Positions 10,290 through 24,500 of a stretch of 64,000 bases of DNA are shown in pieces. A model generated the notes under the pieces. It was not told the origin of the DNA and ran no database searches. It saw nothing but the letters and a program-made list of their open reading frames with translations. Made by a program: the position numbers and the translations under genes. Source of the DNA: Elusimicrobiota bacterium (GTDB taxonomy: Bacteria > Elusimicrobiota > Elusimicrobia > F11); assembly GCA_044221725.1 (NCBI GenBank), contig JBGAON010000005.1, positions 64,001 through 128,000 on the forward strand. The letters run 5' to 3'. The first letter of the stretch is position 1. Each line of letters starts with the position of its first letter.

Positions 10290-12452
10290 ATGGAAGCGTT
10301 AGTAATAGTCGAATCTCCTACCAAAGAACGAACCATTGGTAAATTTTTGTCGAAAAAATTTACCGTGAGAAGTTCCTATGGTCATGTTCGTGATCTGCCA
10401 CAGCGAAAACTTGGGGTGGATATTGATCATGAATTCGAGCCGAGCTACGTCATTCTTCCACGCGCAAAGAAATTATTGCCCGAACTGAACAAGTCGGCCA
10501 AACAGGTGAAAACAATTTTCTTAGCGACGGACTACGACCGCGAAGGGGAAGCCATCGCGTGGCACTTGGCGCAGATGTTGAAAGTCCCCGAAGAGAAACT
10601 TAAACGAATAACCTTCCATGAAATTACGCCGGATGCGATCAAGGCTGCTCTGGCGAGCCCCCGAGAATTGGACCCGCATTTGGTGGACGCACAGGTAGCA
10701 CGGCGCGTGCTTGATCGGCTTGTGGGTTACAAGCTCTCTCCTCTTTTGTGGCGAAAAGTAAAGCGAGGGTTATCCGCGGGCCGCGTTCAATCTGTCGCGG
10801 TACGAATTATTTGTCAACGCGAAACCGAGATCGAAAAGTTTGTTCCGCAGGAATATTGGACTCTCGGCGTGCAGCTTGAAAAGGGAAGTCATCCGCCGTT
10901 TTGGGCTCACATTCATTCTAAAGGATCGCACAAGTTTGGTCGCCTCGAACTGAGCTCCAAAGAAGCGGTCGATAAAATTTTAGCGGAACTCGAATCCGCC
11001 ACATACGAAGTTGCGAAAGTAGAATCAAAAGAACGGCGCCGCCAGCCGCCGGCACCGTTCACTACCGCGGCGTTGCAACAAGAGGCGTCCCATCGTCTCG
11101 GTTTCCGCGCGCAGCGCACCATGATTGTTGCTCAACAGTTATATGAAGGTCTCGCGCTGGCCAACGGAGAAACGGTCGGACTTATAACCTACATGCGCAC
11201 CGATTCCACGTTCGTGGCGAAGACGGCCCAGGACGAGGCGGCGAAGTACATTCAAGGTAAATTTGGGAAAGAATTGTTGCCGGCGAAGTTTCGTGTTTTT
11301 AAGACAAAGGCCAAAGGCGCCCAGGAAGCTCATGAGGCAATCCGTCCGACCTCGGTGTTTCGTGATCCCGAGAGCGTGAAAGATTACTTAACGCCCGAGC
11401 AGCTACGACTATATAAATTGATCTGGGAGCGTTTTGTTGGCAGTCAAATGACCGATGCGCTGTACGATACGTTGACCGTGGATATTTCCGCAAAACCGTC
11501 TGACATAATTTTCCGCGCCAACGGGCGCACCCTAAAGTTTCCGGGTTTTCTCATTCTCCAGGGAAAAGAATCGACGCCAGAATCTGAAGCCCCGAAAGAA
11601 GAGGACGACGATTCGCAAATTGCCGCGTTACCGCCGTTGGCAGTGTCCGATCAATTAAAGAAGAAAAGCCTCAAGCCCGAACAGCATTTTACGGAGCCGC
11701 CGCCGCGATTTAACGAAGCAAGTCTCGTTAAGACCATGGAGGAGTTGGGCATTGGGCGACCATCGACATACGCTCCTATTATCCAGACAATCTTGGCTCG
11801 CGGCTACGTTCGTTTTGATGAAAGGCGTTTTATCCCGACGGAACTCGGAAAAACGGTCGATCAACAACTCGTCGATAATTTTTCGGAAATCGTCGATGTA
11901 AATTTTACAGCGGGCATGGAGAACATGCTCGATGCGGTGGCCGATGGAAAAGCAAAATGGCAATCCGTAATTCGGAATTTCTGGACGCCGTTTTCAAAAA
12001 AATTATCAACGGCCGAAACCGACATGAAAGTCACGAAGCCGAAAGTTCAAGAGACCGACGTGAAATGCGAGAAATGCGGTGCCATGATGGTTATTCGCGA
12101 GAGTCGCTTCGGAAAATTTCTCGCGTGCTCCACGTATCCAACGTGTAATTACAAAGCATCGCTCGACAAAGAAGGCAATGTTGTAAAGCCTCAAGAAACC
12201 GGAGAAGCCTGCCCGGATTGCGGGAAGCCGATCGTTCAGCGAATGGGGCGACGCGGAAAATTCCTCGCTTGCTCGGGATACCCGAATTGCAAATTTACGC
12301 GATCAATCGCTACGGAGAAAGTTGCGCCGCAGCCCACCGGAGAAAAGTGCGAAAATTGTGGAAAAGATATGGTCATGAAGCGTGGTCGTTTCGGCGAATT
12401 CATGGCGTGCTCCGGTTACCCCACCTGTAAAACAATAAAGAAAGCTGCTTAG
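10290..12452 (+). CDS. topA: DNA topoisomerase I with three C-terminal Zn ribbons
   Basis: IVESP, DREGE, SAGRVQS, ITYMRTD, AHEAIRPT and three Cys4 repeats. Confidence 0.97.
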   Translation: MEALVIVESPTKERTIGKFLSKKFTVRSSYGHVRDLPQRKLGVDIDHEFEPSYVILPRAKKLLPELNKSAKQVKTIFLATDYDREGEAIAWHLAQMLKVPEEKLKRITFHEITPDAIKAALASPRELDPHLVDAQVARRVLDRLVGYKLSPLLWRKVKRGLSAGRVQSVAVRIICQRETEIEKFVPQEYWTLGVQLEKGSHPPFWAHIHSKGSHKFGRLELSSKEAVDKILAELESATYEVAKVESKERRRQPPAPFTTAALQQEASHRLGFRAQRTMIVAQQLYEGLALANGETVGLITYMRTDSTFVAKTAQDEAAKYIQGKFGKELLPAKFRVFKTKAKGAQEAHEAIRPTSVFRDPESVKDYLTPEQLRLYKLIWERFVGSQMTDALYDTLTVDISAKPSDIIFRANGRTLKFPGFLILQGKESTPESEAPKEEDDDSQIAALPPLAVSDQLKKKSLKPEQHFTEPPPRFNEASLVKTMEELGIGRPSTYAPIIQTILARGYVRFDERRFIPTELGKTVDQQLVDNFSEIVDVNFTAGMENMLDAVADGKAKWQSVIRNFWTPFSKKLSTAETDMKVTKPKVQETDVKCEKCGAMMVIRESRFGKFLACSTYPTCNYKASLDKEGNVVKPQETGEACPDCGKPIVQRMGRRGKFLACSGYPNCKFTRSIATEKVAPQPTGEKCENCGKDMVMKRGRFGEFMACSGYPTCKTIKKAA

Positions 12453-12458
12453 GGCTTG

Positions 12459-12495
12459 CCCTCCGTAGCTCGAACGAAGTGAGAGCGTAGGAGGG
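12459..12495. repeat. Short palindromic element CCCTCCGTAGCTC...GAGCGTAGGAGGG
   Basis: Imperfect inverted repeat immediately after the topA stop. Confidence 0.5.
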
Positions 12496-12542
12496 AAAAA
12501 ACGAAGGGCCCACCGCCGTCCCCTCCAACGTGGTGAGCCCTT
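12496..12542 (-). terminator. Rho-independent terminator on the minus strand
   Basis: AAGGGCTCACC...GGTGGGCCCTT followed by CGTTTTTT; a G.U pair favours the minus strand. Confidence 0.7.
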
Positions 12543-12650
12543 GTACCTGTCAAAGACGTCTTAACAAGTGCGCACACTATAGCGCGAAGAGCCTGCGTCC
12601 AATGTCAGCTGTGTGTAAGTTAATTGTAAATTCTTCGACGGAAAAACCAA

Positions 12651-13361
12651 TTAAGAGTCCCGACGGAGCGCTTCGTTCTCGTCGATTTTTGGGGGGCGGA
12701 ACTGCGGTTTGATCGGATTTTTGTAGGTGGTTTTATCGAGCAGCCCCGCCAATAGAAAGGCACGGCGTCGCTCAGCGCATTTGTTGCATACGCCGCAATG
12801 GATATGGCCCTGCGGGTTAATGCACGAAAACGAATATTGCAGCGGCAGTTGCTGGTATCGTCTAAGAATCTGTGTTTTTGTGAAATTTCGGAAGGGCGAG
12901 ATAACTTTTATTTTTTTCCGAAAACTTTTTTGGAGTAGTTTTTCCATCGTGTGAAAGTAGGCGGGTGTGGCATCCGGAAATGGATTTCCTTTCAGTGTGC
13001 CGATGGCAATCTCCCACACATTTTTTGGCGAGAGGGCGAGAAGTGCTTTAACAGTGAGCAGAAGATTTCTTGCCGGCAAAAAAACTTCCTTGTCGTCGCT
13101 TGTGGCATTGGGCGTGTGGCCGCGTTGGCTCCAATTGCTTTTGTACGCCCCTTCCAAAAGCAATCGAATGGGGAGAATTGGTTTTACGCGGTTAGAGCGA
13201 AGCGATCGAAGAAATCGTTTTGCCCAGTATTTCTCTGTTTTTTCCCAGGGGAGTTTGCACGAAACATACACGGGGAAAACCGTGTAATTTTTTTCCACCA
13301 AATGGCCCACGAGCGTGGCGCTATCGAGACCGCCGGAGTACAGGACTCCGATTTTTCTCAA
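12651..13361 (-). CDS. queC: 7-cyano-7-deazaguanine synthase family (QueC-like)
   Basis: PP-loop SGGLDS, PARN, PD, K..I and C-x8-C-x2-C-x2-C zinc motif; TTG start inferred just after the folB stop. Confidence 0.85.
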   Translation of the reverse strand: MRKIGVLYSGGLDSATLVGHLVEKNYTVFPVYVSCKLPWEKTEKYWAKRFLRSLRSNRVKPILPIRLLLEGAYKSNWSQRGHTPNATSDDKEVFLPARNLLLTVKALLALSPKNVWEIAIGTLKGNPFPDATPAYFHTMEKLLQKSFRKKIKVISPFRNFTKTQILRRYQQLPLQYSFSCINPQGHIHCGVCNKCAERRRAFLLAGLLDKTTYKNPIKPQFRPPKIDENEALRRDS

Positions 13362-13371
13362 GGCGTCACCG

Positions 13372-13728
13372 TCATGATCGTCTTCGCGTGATGCATGCTC
13401 CGATCCCCGCAATATCGGCAAACACTTTCTTGGAGGCTTTCACTTCAACGGCATCGATCCGTTTGTCGGAAAGAACAATTTCGGCAATTCTTTCGGCAAG
13501 CGTTTCGACGAGAAAAAAAGTCTCCGATTTTGTTGTTTCCTTGATATGGGAGACGATCGCTGCGTAGTCGACGGTGTCCTTGATGTTGTCGGTTTTGGCC
13601 GGCTTTTCGAGAGGAAGAAATAGTTTTAGGCAAACGGTTACGATTTGTGGGAACGCCTTTTCCTCGTCGGTAATTCCGATTCTGCACGGAACTTGGAAGT
13701 CTTCGATGAACAAAAAATCACTGGACAT
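13372..13728 (-). CDS. folB: Dihydroneopterin aldolase
   Basis: IG...EE...Q, D.I.DTVDY, LVETLAE and V...K motifs. Confidence 0.9.
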   Translation of the reverse strand: MSSDFLFIEDFQVPCRIGITDEEKAFPQIVTVCLKLFLPLEKPAKTDNIKDTVDYAAIVSHIKETTKSETFFLVETLAERIAEIVLSDKRIDAVEVKASKKVFADIAGIGACITRRRS

Positions 13729-13842
13729 ATTTTCTCTTTACAAGATTTTCAATATTAATGTAGAGTACCGCCGGTTTCGATGAGAGCAATTCCACGTTAC
13801 CAATTTCTAAAAGCGAGTCGTTATCTTTAGGAAATTTTGTTG

Positions 13843-13881
13843 TTGACTTAGTATCAACGTTTAAGATATAAAGCCGGTCCC
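13843..13881 (+). promoter_or_regulatory. rRNA operon sigma70-type promoter
   Basis: TTGACT-18 nt-TATAAA, AT-rich upstream tract and GC-rich discriminator GCCGGTCCC. Confidence 0.7.
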
Positions 13882-13892
13882 GAAATAATTTT

Positions 13893-13942
13893 CCCCGCGA
13901 AGATTATATTGCTTCGCGAGGCCATTTTTTTGTTCTTTGACA
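13893..13942 (+). promoter_or_regulatory. boxB-like hairpin and boxA antitermination signal
   Basis: CGCGAAG...CTTCGCG hairpin, then TGTTCTTTGACA; second boxA-like TGTTCTTTA at 16157. Confidence 0.65.
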
Positions 13943-14295
13943 TAGACACCATATAACGCTTCCAGCTTAGCTGGAGGTACTGGCCGATAATTAAAATTAT
14001 CGATCAGTGCGCAAGCGGGTGAGTGCCCTTGAGTCATGGGAAACCATGGGATTCAAGAGCCTCTAATTAATGGGTAAGACAGAACGTCTTATCTATATTT
14101 GGTGTGTGTATAACGATGGAAACCATAAAGAGGCCCGTTTATCGAAAGATAGACAATCTTTATGGTGAAACAAATGTCTCGATGCCCTCAAGCGCATCGG
14201 GACAGCCAACGTTGAACTTTGAAGTATAAAGTAATTGTAGAGCCAATTAAAAAACCTCTGATGAAAACCGGTCTCTTAACCCGAGGCTGTAAATT

Positions 14296-15853
<1,558 letters not shown>

Positions 15854-15951
15854 GTTTTTTTTCTGCAAAGAAAGAAAACAGGTCGATCTCTTGAATACAC
15901 ACAGGGGTACTCACTCGCTTGCGCAAATAATATACATACAGCAAAAATTTA

Positions 15952-16024
15952 GGGGCTGTAGCTCAGCTGGGAGAGCGCCTGCTTTGCAAGCAGGAGGTCG
16001 CCAGTTCGATCCTGGTCAGCTCCA
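15952..16024 (+). tRNA. tRNA-Ala(TGC), CCA not encoded
   Basis: Cloverleaf GGGGCTG/CAGCTCC, anticodon loop TTTGCAA, TTCGA loop. Confidence 0.97.
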
Positions 16025-16051
16025 GGATTAAAAGAATCAGCCAAACCATTC

Positions 16052-16125
16052 GGACCCATAGCTCAGCTGGTTAGAGCGTACGCTTGATAAGCGTAAGGTC
16101 GGTGGTTCGATCCCACCTGGGTCCA
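16052..16125 (+). tRNA. tRNA-Ile(GAT), CCA not encoded
   Basis: Cloverleaf GGACCCA/TGGGTCC, anticodon loop TTGATAA. Confidence 0.97.
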
Positions 16126-16341
16126 TTTCTATTTCGGTGTCTATAAACAGATTTCTTGTTCTTTACATATTTGTCTTATTTTTCGTTCTGTTCTCAAAAG
16201 CCGTCCGGCTCCACGCGATGGAGGTAGGATTCCTTGAGGAGGATTCAGTCGAACGAAATAATAACTTAAGGGAAAAAAATTAAGAAATAAGCGTCAATAG
16301 GATAGACGGATTTTAAACCGATCCGTCATATTCATTAATGC

Positions 16342-19375
<3,034 letters not shown>

Positions 19376-19473
19376 TATTGATGAATAGAATGTTCGCCAT
19401 CCTTTTGGCGAACGCCTGTTGGCGCTTATTTTTTAGTTTTTTTCCGAGTTAAAAGATTTTTTAGAGGAACGAA

Positions 19474-19591
19474 TGCTGGTGGTAATTCCAAAGAGGTCAC
19501 ACCCGTTCCCATTCCGAACACGGCAGTTAAGCTCTTTAGGGTCGATGGTACTTGTACCGCAAGGTACCGGAAGAGTAGATCGCTGCCAGCA
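19474..19591 (+). rRNA. rrf: 5S rRNA
   Basis: TGCTGGTGG...CACCCGTTCCCATTCCGAACACGG...GCTGCCAGCA. Confidence 0.97.
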
Positions 19592-19611
19592 TTGGTTCCT
19601 CTGGAAATTTG

Positions 19612-20412
19612 ATGAGACATTTGAAATTCGGTTTCGTAGTTATCGGAACTTTTTTTCTAATCAGTAAAACTCAAGCAAGCGAGGTTTTTTCATCGGCCGA
19701 TTCGATGGAAGCCAAGAGCTGGAGTTTTTCTGCTTTTGGTTCGACCAGTAGACTCGAGCCAAAGGTGAAAGTCACGAATAACGGATCGGTTCAGGTGCCA
19801 ACGTCAGGTGGCTCTACTTCGGTGTTCGGGACAACGAACGCTGAAATAAAAATGGAGCAAGAGTCGGAGCAGGTTGTGGGACTCTTTGAATTTCAGCCCC
19901 ATGACGGTCTGAAATACAGATTTAAGATCGGGCAAGTTCGAGAGTTTAATCTTGAGTTTTCATCCGGAAGCCAGACCAACAAGTTGGAAACCACAGGAAG
20001 CGGTTTTGTGTGGGGTGTCGGCATCGGTGGAAGTTTGGCCCCAAGTTCGATTGTTAGTTTAGGAATCCGCTGGGATGTGGCGTACGCGCAGACGAATGTA
20101 AATTTGGACCGGTTGCAAGGTGGTCCGGCCGCGTATGCGGTGGATCAAGATTTTCGACAAGAAGAGATTCAGGGCAGCTTGACACTGAGTCGACGTTGGA
20201 AAATGGTTGAACCGTACGGTGGAGTTAAAGTTTTCCATTTGATGAATCGTCTCGTTGATAACGGGACGAAAGAGAAAATTAAGGGCACGAATGACGAGGT
20301 GAGCCCGTTCGTTGGTTTGCAATGGATGGTCGCCGAGAAGGATAGTTTGGTGATAGAAGGTTCTTTCGTTGGAGAAAAGTCGTTGTCCGCGGGATTTAAA
20401 GCACAATTTTAA
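19612..20412 (+). CDS. Outer-membrane beta-barrel protein, function unknown
   Basis: Signal peptide ending TQA, alternating amphipathic strands (EPYGG, SPFVG), C-terminal LSAGFKAQF beta-signal. Confidence 0.75.
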   Translation: MRHLKFGFVVIGTFFLISKTQASEVFSSADSMEAKSWSFSAFGSTSRLEPKVKVTNNGSVQVPTSGGSTSVFGTTNAEIKMEQESEQVVGLFEFQPHDGLKYRFKIGQVREFNLEFSSGSQTNKLETTGSGFVWGVGIGGSLAPSSIVSLGIRWDVAYAQTNVNLDRLQGGPAAYAVDQDFRQEEIQGSLTLSRRWKMVEPYGGVKVFHLMNRLVDNGTKEKIKGTNDEVSPFVGLQWMVAEKDSLVIEGSFVGEKSLSAGFKAQF

Positions 20413-20426
20413 ATTGAGGGAAAAAT

Positions 20427-20954
20427 ATGGCGAGTGCAGTTAAAGAAAAACAAGTTGCGAGTTTGGCCGAAGAGTTGAAAGCGTCTCCGCATGTGGTGAT
20501 TACCCAATACCAGGGAATGACAGCGGAGCAGTTTGATGCTTTGCGGGCAGCGCTTCGTCCTCTTGGCGCGAAGTACAAAGTCGTGAAAAATCGCTTGGCC
20601 AAAATTTCTTTCAATGAAACCGGTTACGGTGATCTTAAAGACCTTATGAAAGGTCCGTCGGCTATTGCATACAAGGGAACCGATGGAGCTGCGATCGTCA
20701 AAGCCCTTTTCAAATTTGGTGAAGCCAATACGAATTTTAAAGTTAAAGCTGGACGTCTTTTTGGAATCACAGCGGATGTTAAAAACCTAAAAGCGATGGC
20801 GGACTTGCCGTCGCGTGAAGTACTCCTAGCCACGCTGTTGGCTCGTTTGAACGGGCCACTGACCAGCCTCGTTACAACGATGAACGAACCCTTGCGCTCG
20901 CTGCATGCCGCGATGAGCGCCCTTGCTAAGAAGAAAGAAGCGAAGGCAGCATAA
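20427..20954 (+). CDS. rplJ: 50S ribosomal protein L10
   Basis: VVKNRLAKI, LPSREVL; directly upstream of rplL. Confidence 0.96.
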   Translation: MASAVKEKQVASLAEELKASPHVVITQYQGMTAEQFDALRAALRPLGAKYKVVKNRLAKISFNETGYGDLKDLMKGPSAIAYKGTDGAAIVKALFKFGEANTNFKVKAGRLFGITADVKNLKAMADLPSREVLLATLLARLNGPLTSLVTTMNEPLRSLHAAMSALAKKKEAKAA

Positions 20955-21048
20955 TTTTCAAATCATAATGTCCGCCATTAAGATTGGCGGGCGCTATCGC
21001 GCAAATCCGTCGTGTGGATCATGGCGTTAGTTGATAAGGAGGAACAAA

Positions 21049-21435
21049 ATGGCACAAGTTACTGTTGAAGACTTCGTCGAATCTCTCGAAAAGTGGACGA
21101 TTCTCGATATCAGCAAAGCAGTTAAATCAATCGAAGAAAAATATGGAATTTCAGCCGCCCCTGTTGCTGTCGCCGCCGCACCCGCCGCTGGTGGCGCTGC
21201 TGGTGGAGCCGCTGCAGAAGAGAAAACCGAATTCACGGTGATGTTGACCGGCGCCGGCGCCAATAAGATCCAAGTGATCAAAGTTGTTCGTGAATTGACC
21301 GGACTTGGACTCAAAGAAGCGAAAGACCTCGTTGAAGGCGCACCAAAACCAGTGAAAGAAAACGTGGACAAGAAAACCGCGGAAGAACTGAAAAAGAAAC
21401 TCGTTGAGCAAGGCGCGACCGTAGAAATTAAATAA
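21049..21435 (+). CDS. rplL: 50S ribosomal protein L7/L12
   Basis: [38 protein letters not shown]. Confidence 0.98.
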   Translation: MAQVTVEDFVESLEKWTILDISKAVKSIEEKYGISAAPVAVAAAPAAGGAAGGAAAEEKTEFTVMLTGAGANKIQVIKVVRELTGLGLKEAKDLVEGAPKPVKENVDKKTAEELKKKLVEQGATVEIK

Positions 21436-21448
21436 ATAAGCTGTTGTA

Positions 21449-21507
21449 GGCTGTAAGCCATAAGCCGTAAGCGTTGAGCTTATAGCTTAGGGCTTACAGC
21501 TGTTTTG
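21449..21507 (+). repeat. Inverted heptamer-repeat hairpin (GCTGTAA-type) with T-tail; possible rplL-rpoB attenuator
   Basis: GCTGTAA-GCCATAA-GCCGTAA-GC / GCTTATA-GCTTAGG-GCTTACA-GC, then TGTTTTG. Confidence 0.75.
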
Positions 21508-21550
21508 TCGTTAACGAAGTAATTTTGAAGAACGTTTCAGAGGAGCTACC

Positions 21551-24500
21551 TTGAAAAAGACATCATTTGCTCGGATTAAGCCAGTTATCGAAATTCCCCA
21601 ATTGCTTGAAATGCAACGGGCCTCGTACCGTGAATTTTTGCAAGACGAAGTTCCGGTGAAAGAGCGGAAGATTCAAGGTCTTCAAGCGTCCTTCATGGAC
21701 ATTTATCCGATCATCAATGGCGACGAAAGCCTCGCTCTTGAATTTGTTCAATACAATCTCGGCACACCGAAGCACACCATTGAAGAAGCCATTGATAAAG
21801 ATGGCACCTACGCGGCCCCTCTGAAGGCTGTCATGCGTTTGGTTCACCGCCAGCCCTCCGGAAAACCAAAAGTCCTCACCGAACAAGAAGTTTATCTTTG
21901 CGAGTTGCCGCTCATGACCGAAACCGCTTCCTTCGTTATCAATGGTGCGGAACGCGTTGTTGTCAGTCAGCTGCACCGTTCGCCGGGCGTTATTTTTGAA
22001 GAAGACGAAGAGAAAAATATTTCGTCGTACGGTAAAAATCTTTTCTTCGCGCGCATCATTCCTTATCGTGGCGCTTGGGTTGAATTCGAATTCGATTTGA
22101 ACAACGCGATCTTCGTCCGCATCGACAAGAAACGCAAATTTCCGGCCACCACGCTTCTGCGCGCTGCCGGTATTGAAACCAACGCACAAATTCTTGAACT
22201 CTTCTACGACACCGAAACCTTGCCGGTTGAAGGCGGTAACCTCGCGGGCCGCGTGCTTGCCGACGATGTTGTTGAAAATGAAACCGGCGAAGTGTTGCTC
22301 GAAGCAAACGCCGAAATTTCGAAGGAATCCGCGCTGCGCTTTCAAGAAAAGAAAATTAAGAACGTGAAAGTTATCATCACGGACCCAGCGCTCAACGACA
22401 TTGCGATCCGCAACACGCTGCTCAAAGATCCGGTCCGCAGCCGCAAAGAAGCGATCCATCAAATCTACCGCGTCGTCCGTTCGCAGGAATTTATTGTTCC
22501 GGAACAGGCTGAAAATTATCTCGACACGCTACTTTTCAAATCCATCCGTCACTACGACTTCACAAAAGTCGGACGCTTCAAAATTAACCGCAAACTCCTT
22601 CCGCTCTATTCGAACCTCATTAAGAAGAAAGGCTTCGGTTTTGAAATTCCAGCGGAACGCCGCCGTACGTTGAGCTTGGAAGACATTATCGTGACGTTGC
22701 AATACGTGATCGCGCTCAACAACGGTCAAACATCGATCAAAGTTGGCGACGATCAGATTAAAGTTGAAGTCGACGACATCGACCATCTTGGAAACCGCCG
22801 CGTTCGTGGCGTGGGCGAATTGCTCGAGAACCAAATCCGTATGGGCTTGGCGCAAATGTCCCGTATGGCGCGCGACCGCATGAATCTGCAAGACGAACCG
22901 AACCCGACGCCGCGCTCGGTATTAAACACCGCGCCCGTGGCTGCCGCGGTCCGCAAATTCTTCGGATCGAGTCAGCTGTCGCAATTCATGGATCAAACAA
23001 ATCCTCTTTCGGAGCTTACGCACAAACGTCGTATGTCGGCTCTTGGCCCGGGCGGTTTGCACCGGAAACGCGCCGGCTTCGAAGTGCGTGACGTTCACCA
23101 TACTCATTACGGACGTATCTGTCCGATCGAAACTCCGGAAGGACCGAACATCGGTCTCATTACGTCGCTGGCTTGCTTTGCGCGTATTAACCAATATGGT
23201 CTTATTGAATCTCCGTATCGCGCCGTGAAGAAAGGAGAAGTTTCCGACGAAGTCGAGTACTTAACCGCGGACAAAGAGGACGATTACACGGTTGCACAAG
23301 CAAACGCGGCGATCGACAAAAGCGGGAAATTCCAAGCCGATCTCGTGGCGTGTCGTTTCCGTGGCGACTTCCCGCAGAAGAATCCGAACGACATTAATTT
23401 CATGGACATCTCACCCGCCCAGGTGGTCTCTATTTCCACCGCGCTCATTCCGTTTCTTGAGCATGACGATGCGAACCGCGCTCTCATGGGCTCGAACATG
23501 CAACGGCAAGCAGTTCCATTGCTCGTTCCCGAAGCACCGTTCGTTGGAACCGGCATTGAAGCGGCTGTTGCGCAAGACTCTGGCGCCGCGCTTGTGGCGC
23601 GTCACGCTGGTGTTGTGACATCCGTGTGGAGCGATCAAATTGCAATTTATACCGACGAAGGCGATGTGGACATTTACCGCCTTCGCAAATACGCGCGTTC
23701 GAACCAAGATACCTGCGTAAACCAAATTCCGTATGTGAAAGTTGGTGACCGCGTGAAAAAAGGCGACGTGGTTTGCGATGGTCCGTCCACGGATCAAGGG
23801 GAGCTCGCGCTCGGCAAAAATCTCACCGTGGCGTTCATGCCGTGGGAAGGGTACAACTTCGAAGACGCTATTCTTTTGAATGAGAAACTGGTTCGCGAAG
23901 ATCTTTTTACATCGATTCATATTTCCGAATTCCAAATCGAAGCGCGCGACACAAAGCTCGGTGCCGAAGAAATTACGCGCGATATTCCAAACGTGGGCGC
24001 CGATGCGCTTGTGAATTTGGACGAAAACGGAATCATCCGCTCGGGCGCCGAAGTCGGACCCGGCGATATTCTCGTCGGTAAAGTTGCACCGAAAGGCGAA
24101 CAACAAATCACGCCGGAAGAGCGCCTCCTGAAAGTTATCTTCGGTAAAAAAGCCGAAGACGTGATGGACGCTTCGCTGCGCGTTCCGCCGGGAATCCATG
24201 GAAAAATTATTGCGACACGTTCGTTCATCCGCAAAGAGAAGCTGAGCAAGAAAGAAGAAAACAAGCGGATGAAAGACATCGAGACCGAACTCGAAGACAA
24301 GCTCGCTTGGATTCGTGAGCAGAAAAAAGAACGTCTCGCTCGCTTGGACAAAGAACTCGACGCGAAAGAAATTTCCCCGAAGCAAGCGTCGGAAGGCAAA
24401 GACGAAGCCAAGGCGTTGGCTCAGAAATTGGAATCCGAGGCGCGCCTTGAAGCTGCGCGTCTCAAAGAAAATCTTAAACATGGCGATGACTTGCCGGTGA

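Noticed and set aside
2108..13361. queD, queC and yraN as a dpd DNA-modification or defence island
   Set aside because: No dpdA/tgt-like or defence genes; the que genes are separated by housekeeping genes
22965..23060. RpoB rifampicin cluster I checked for resistance changes
   Set aside because: SQFMDQ..H.RR.S matches the sensitive consensus
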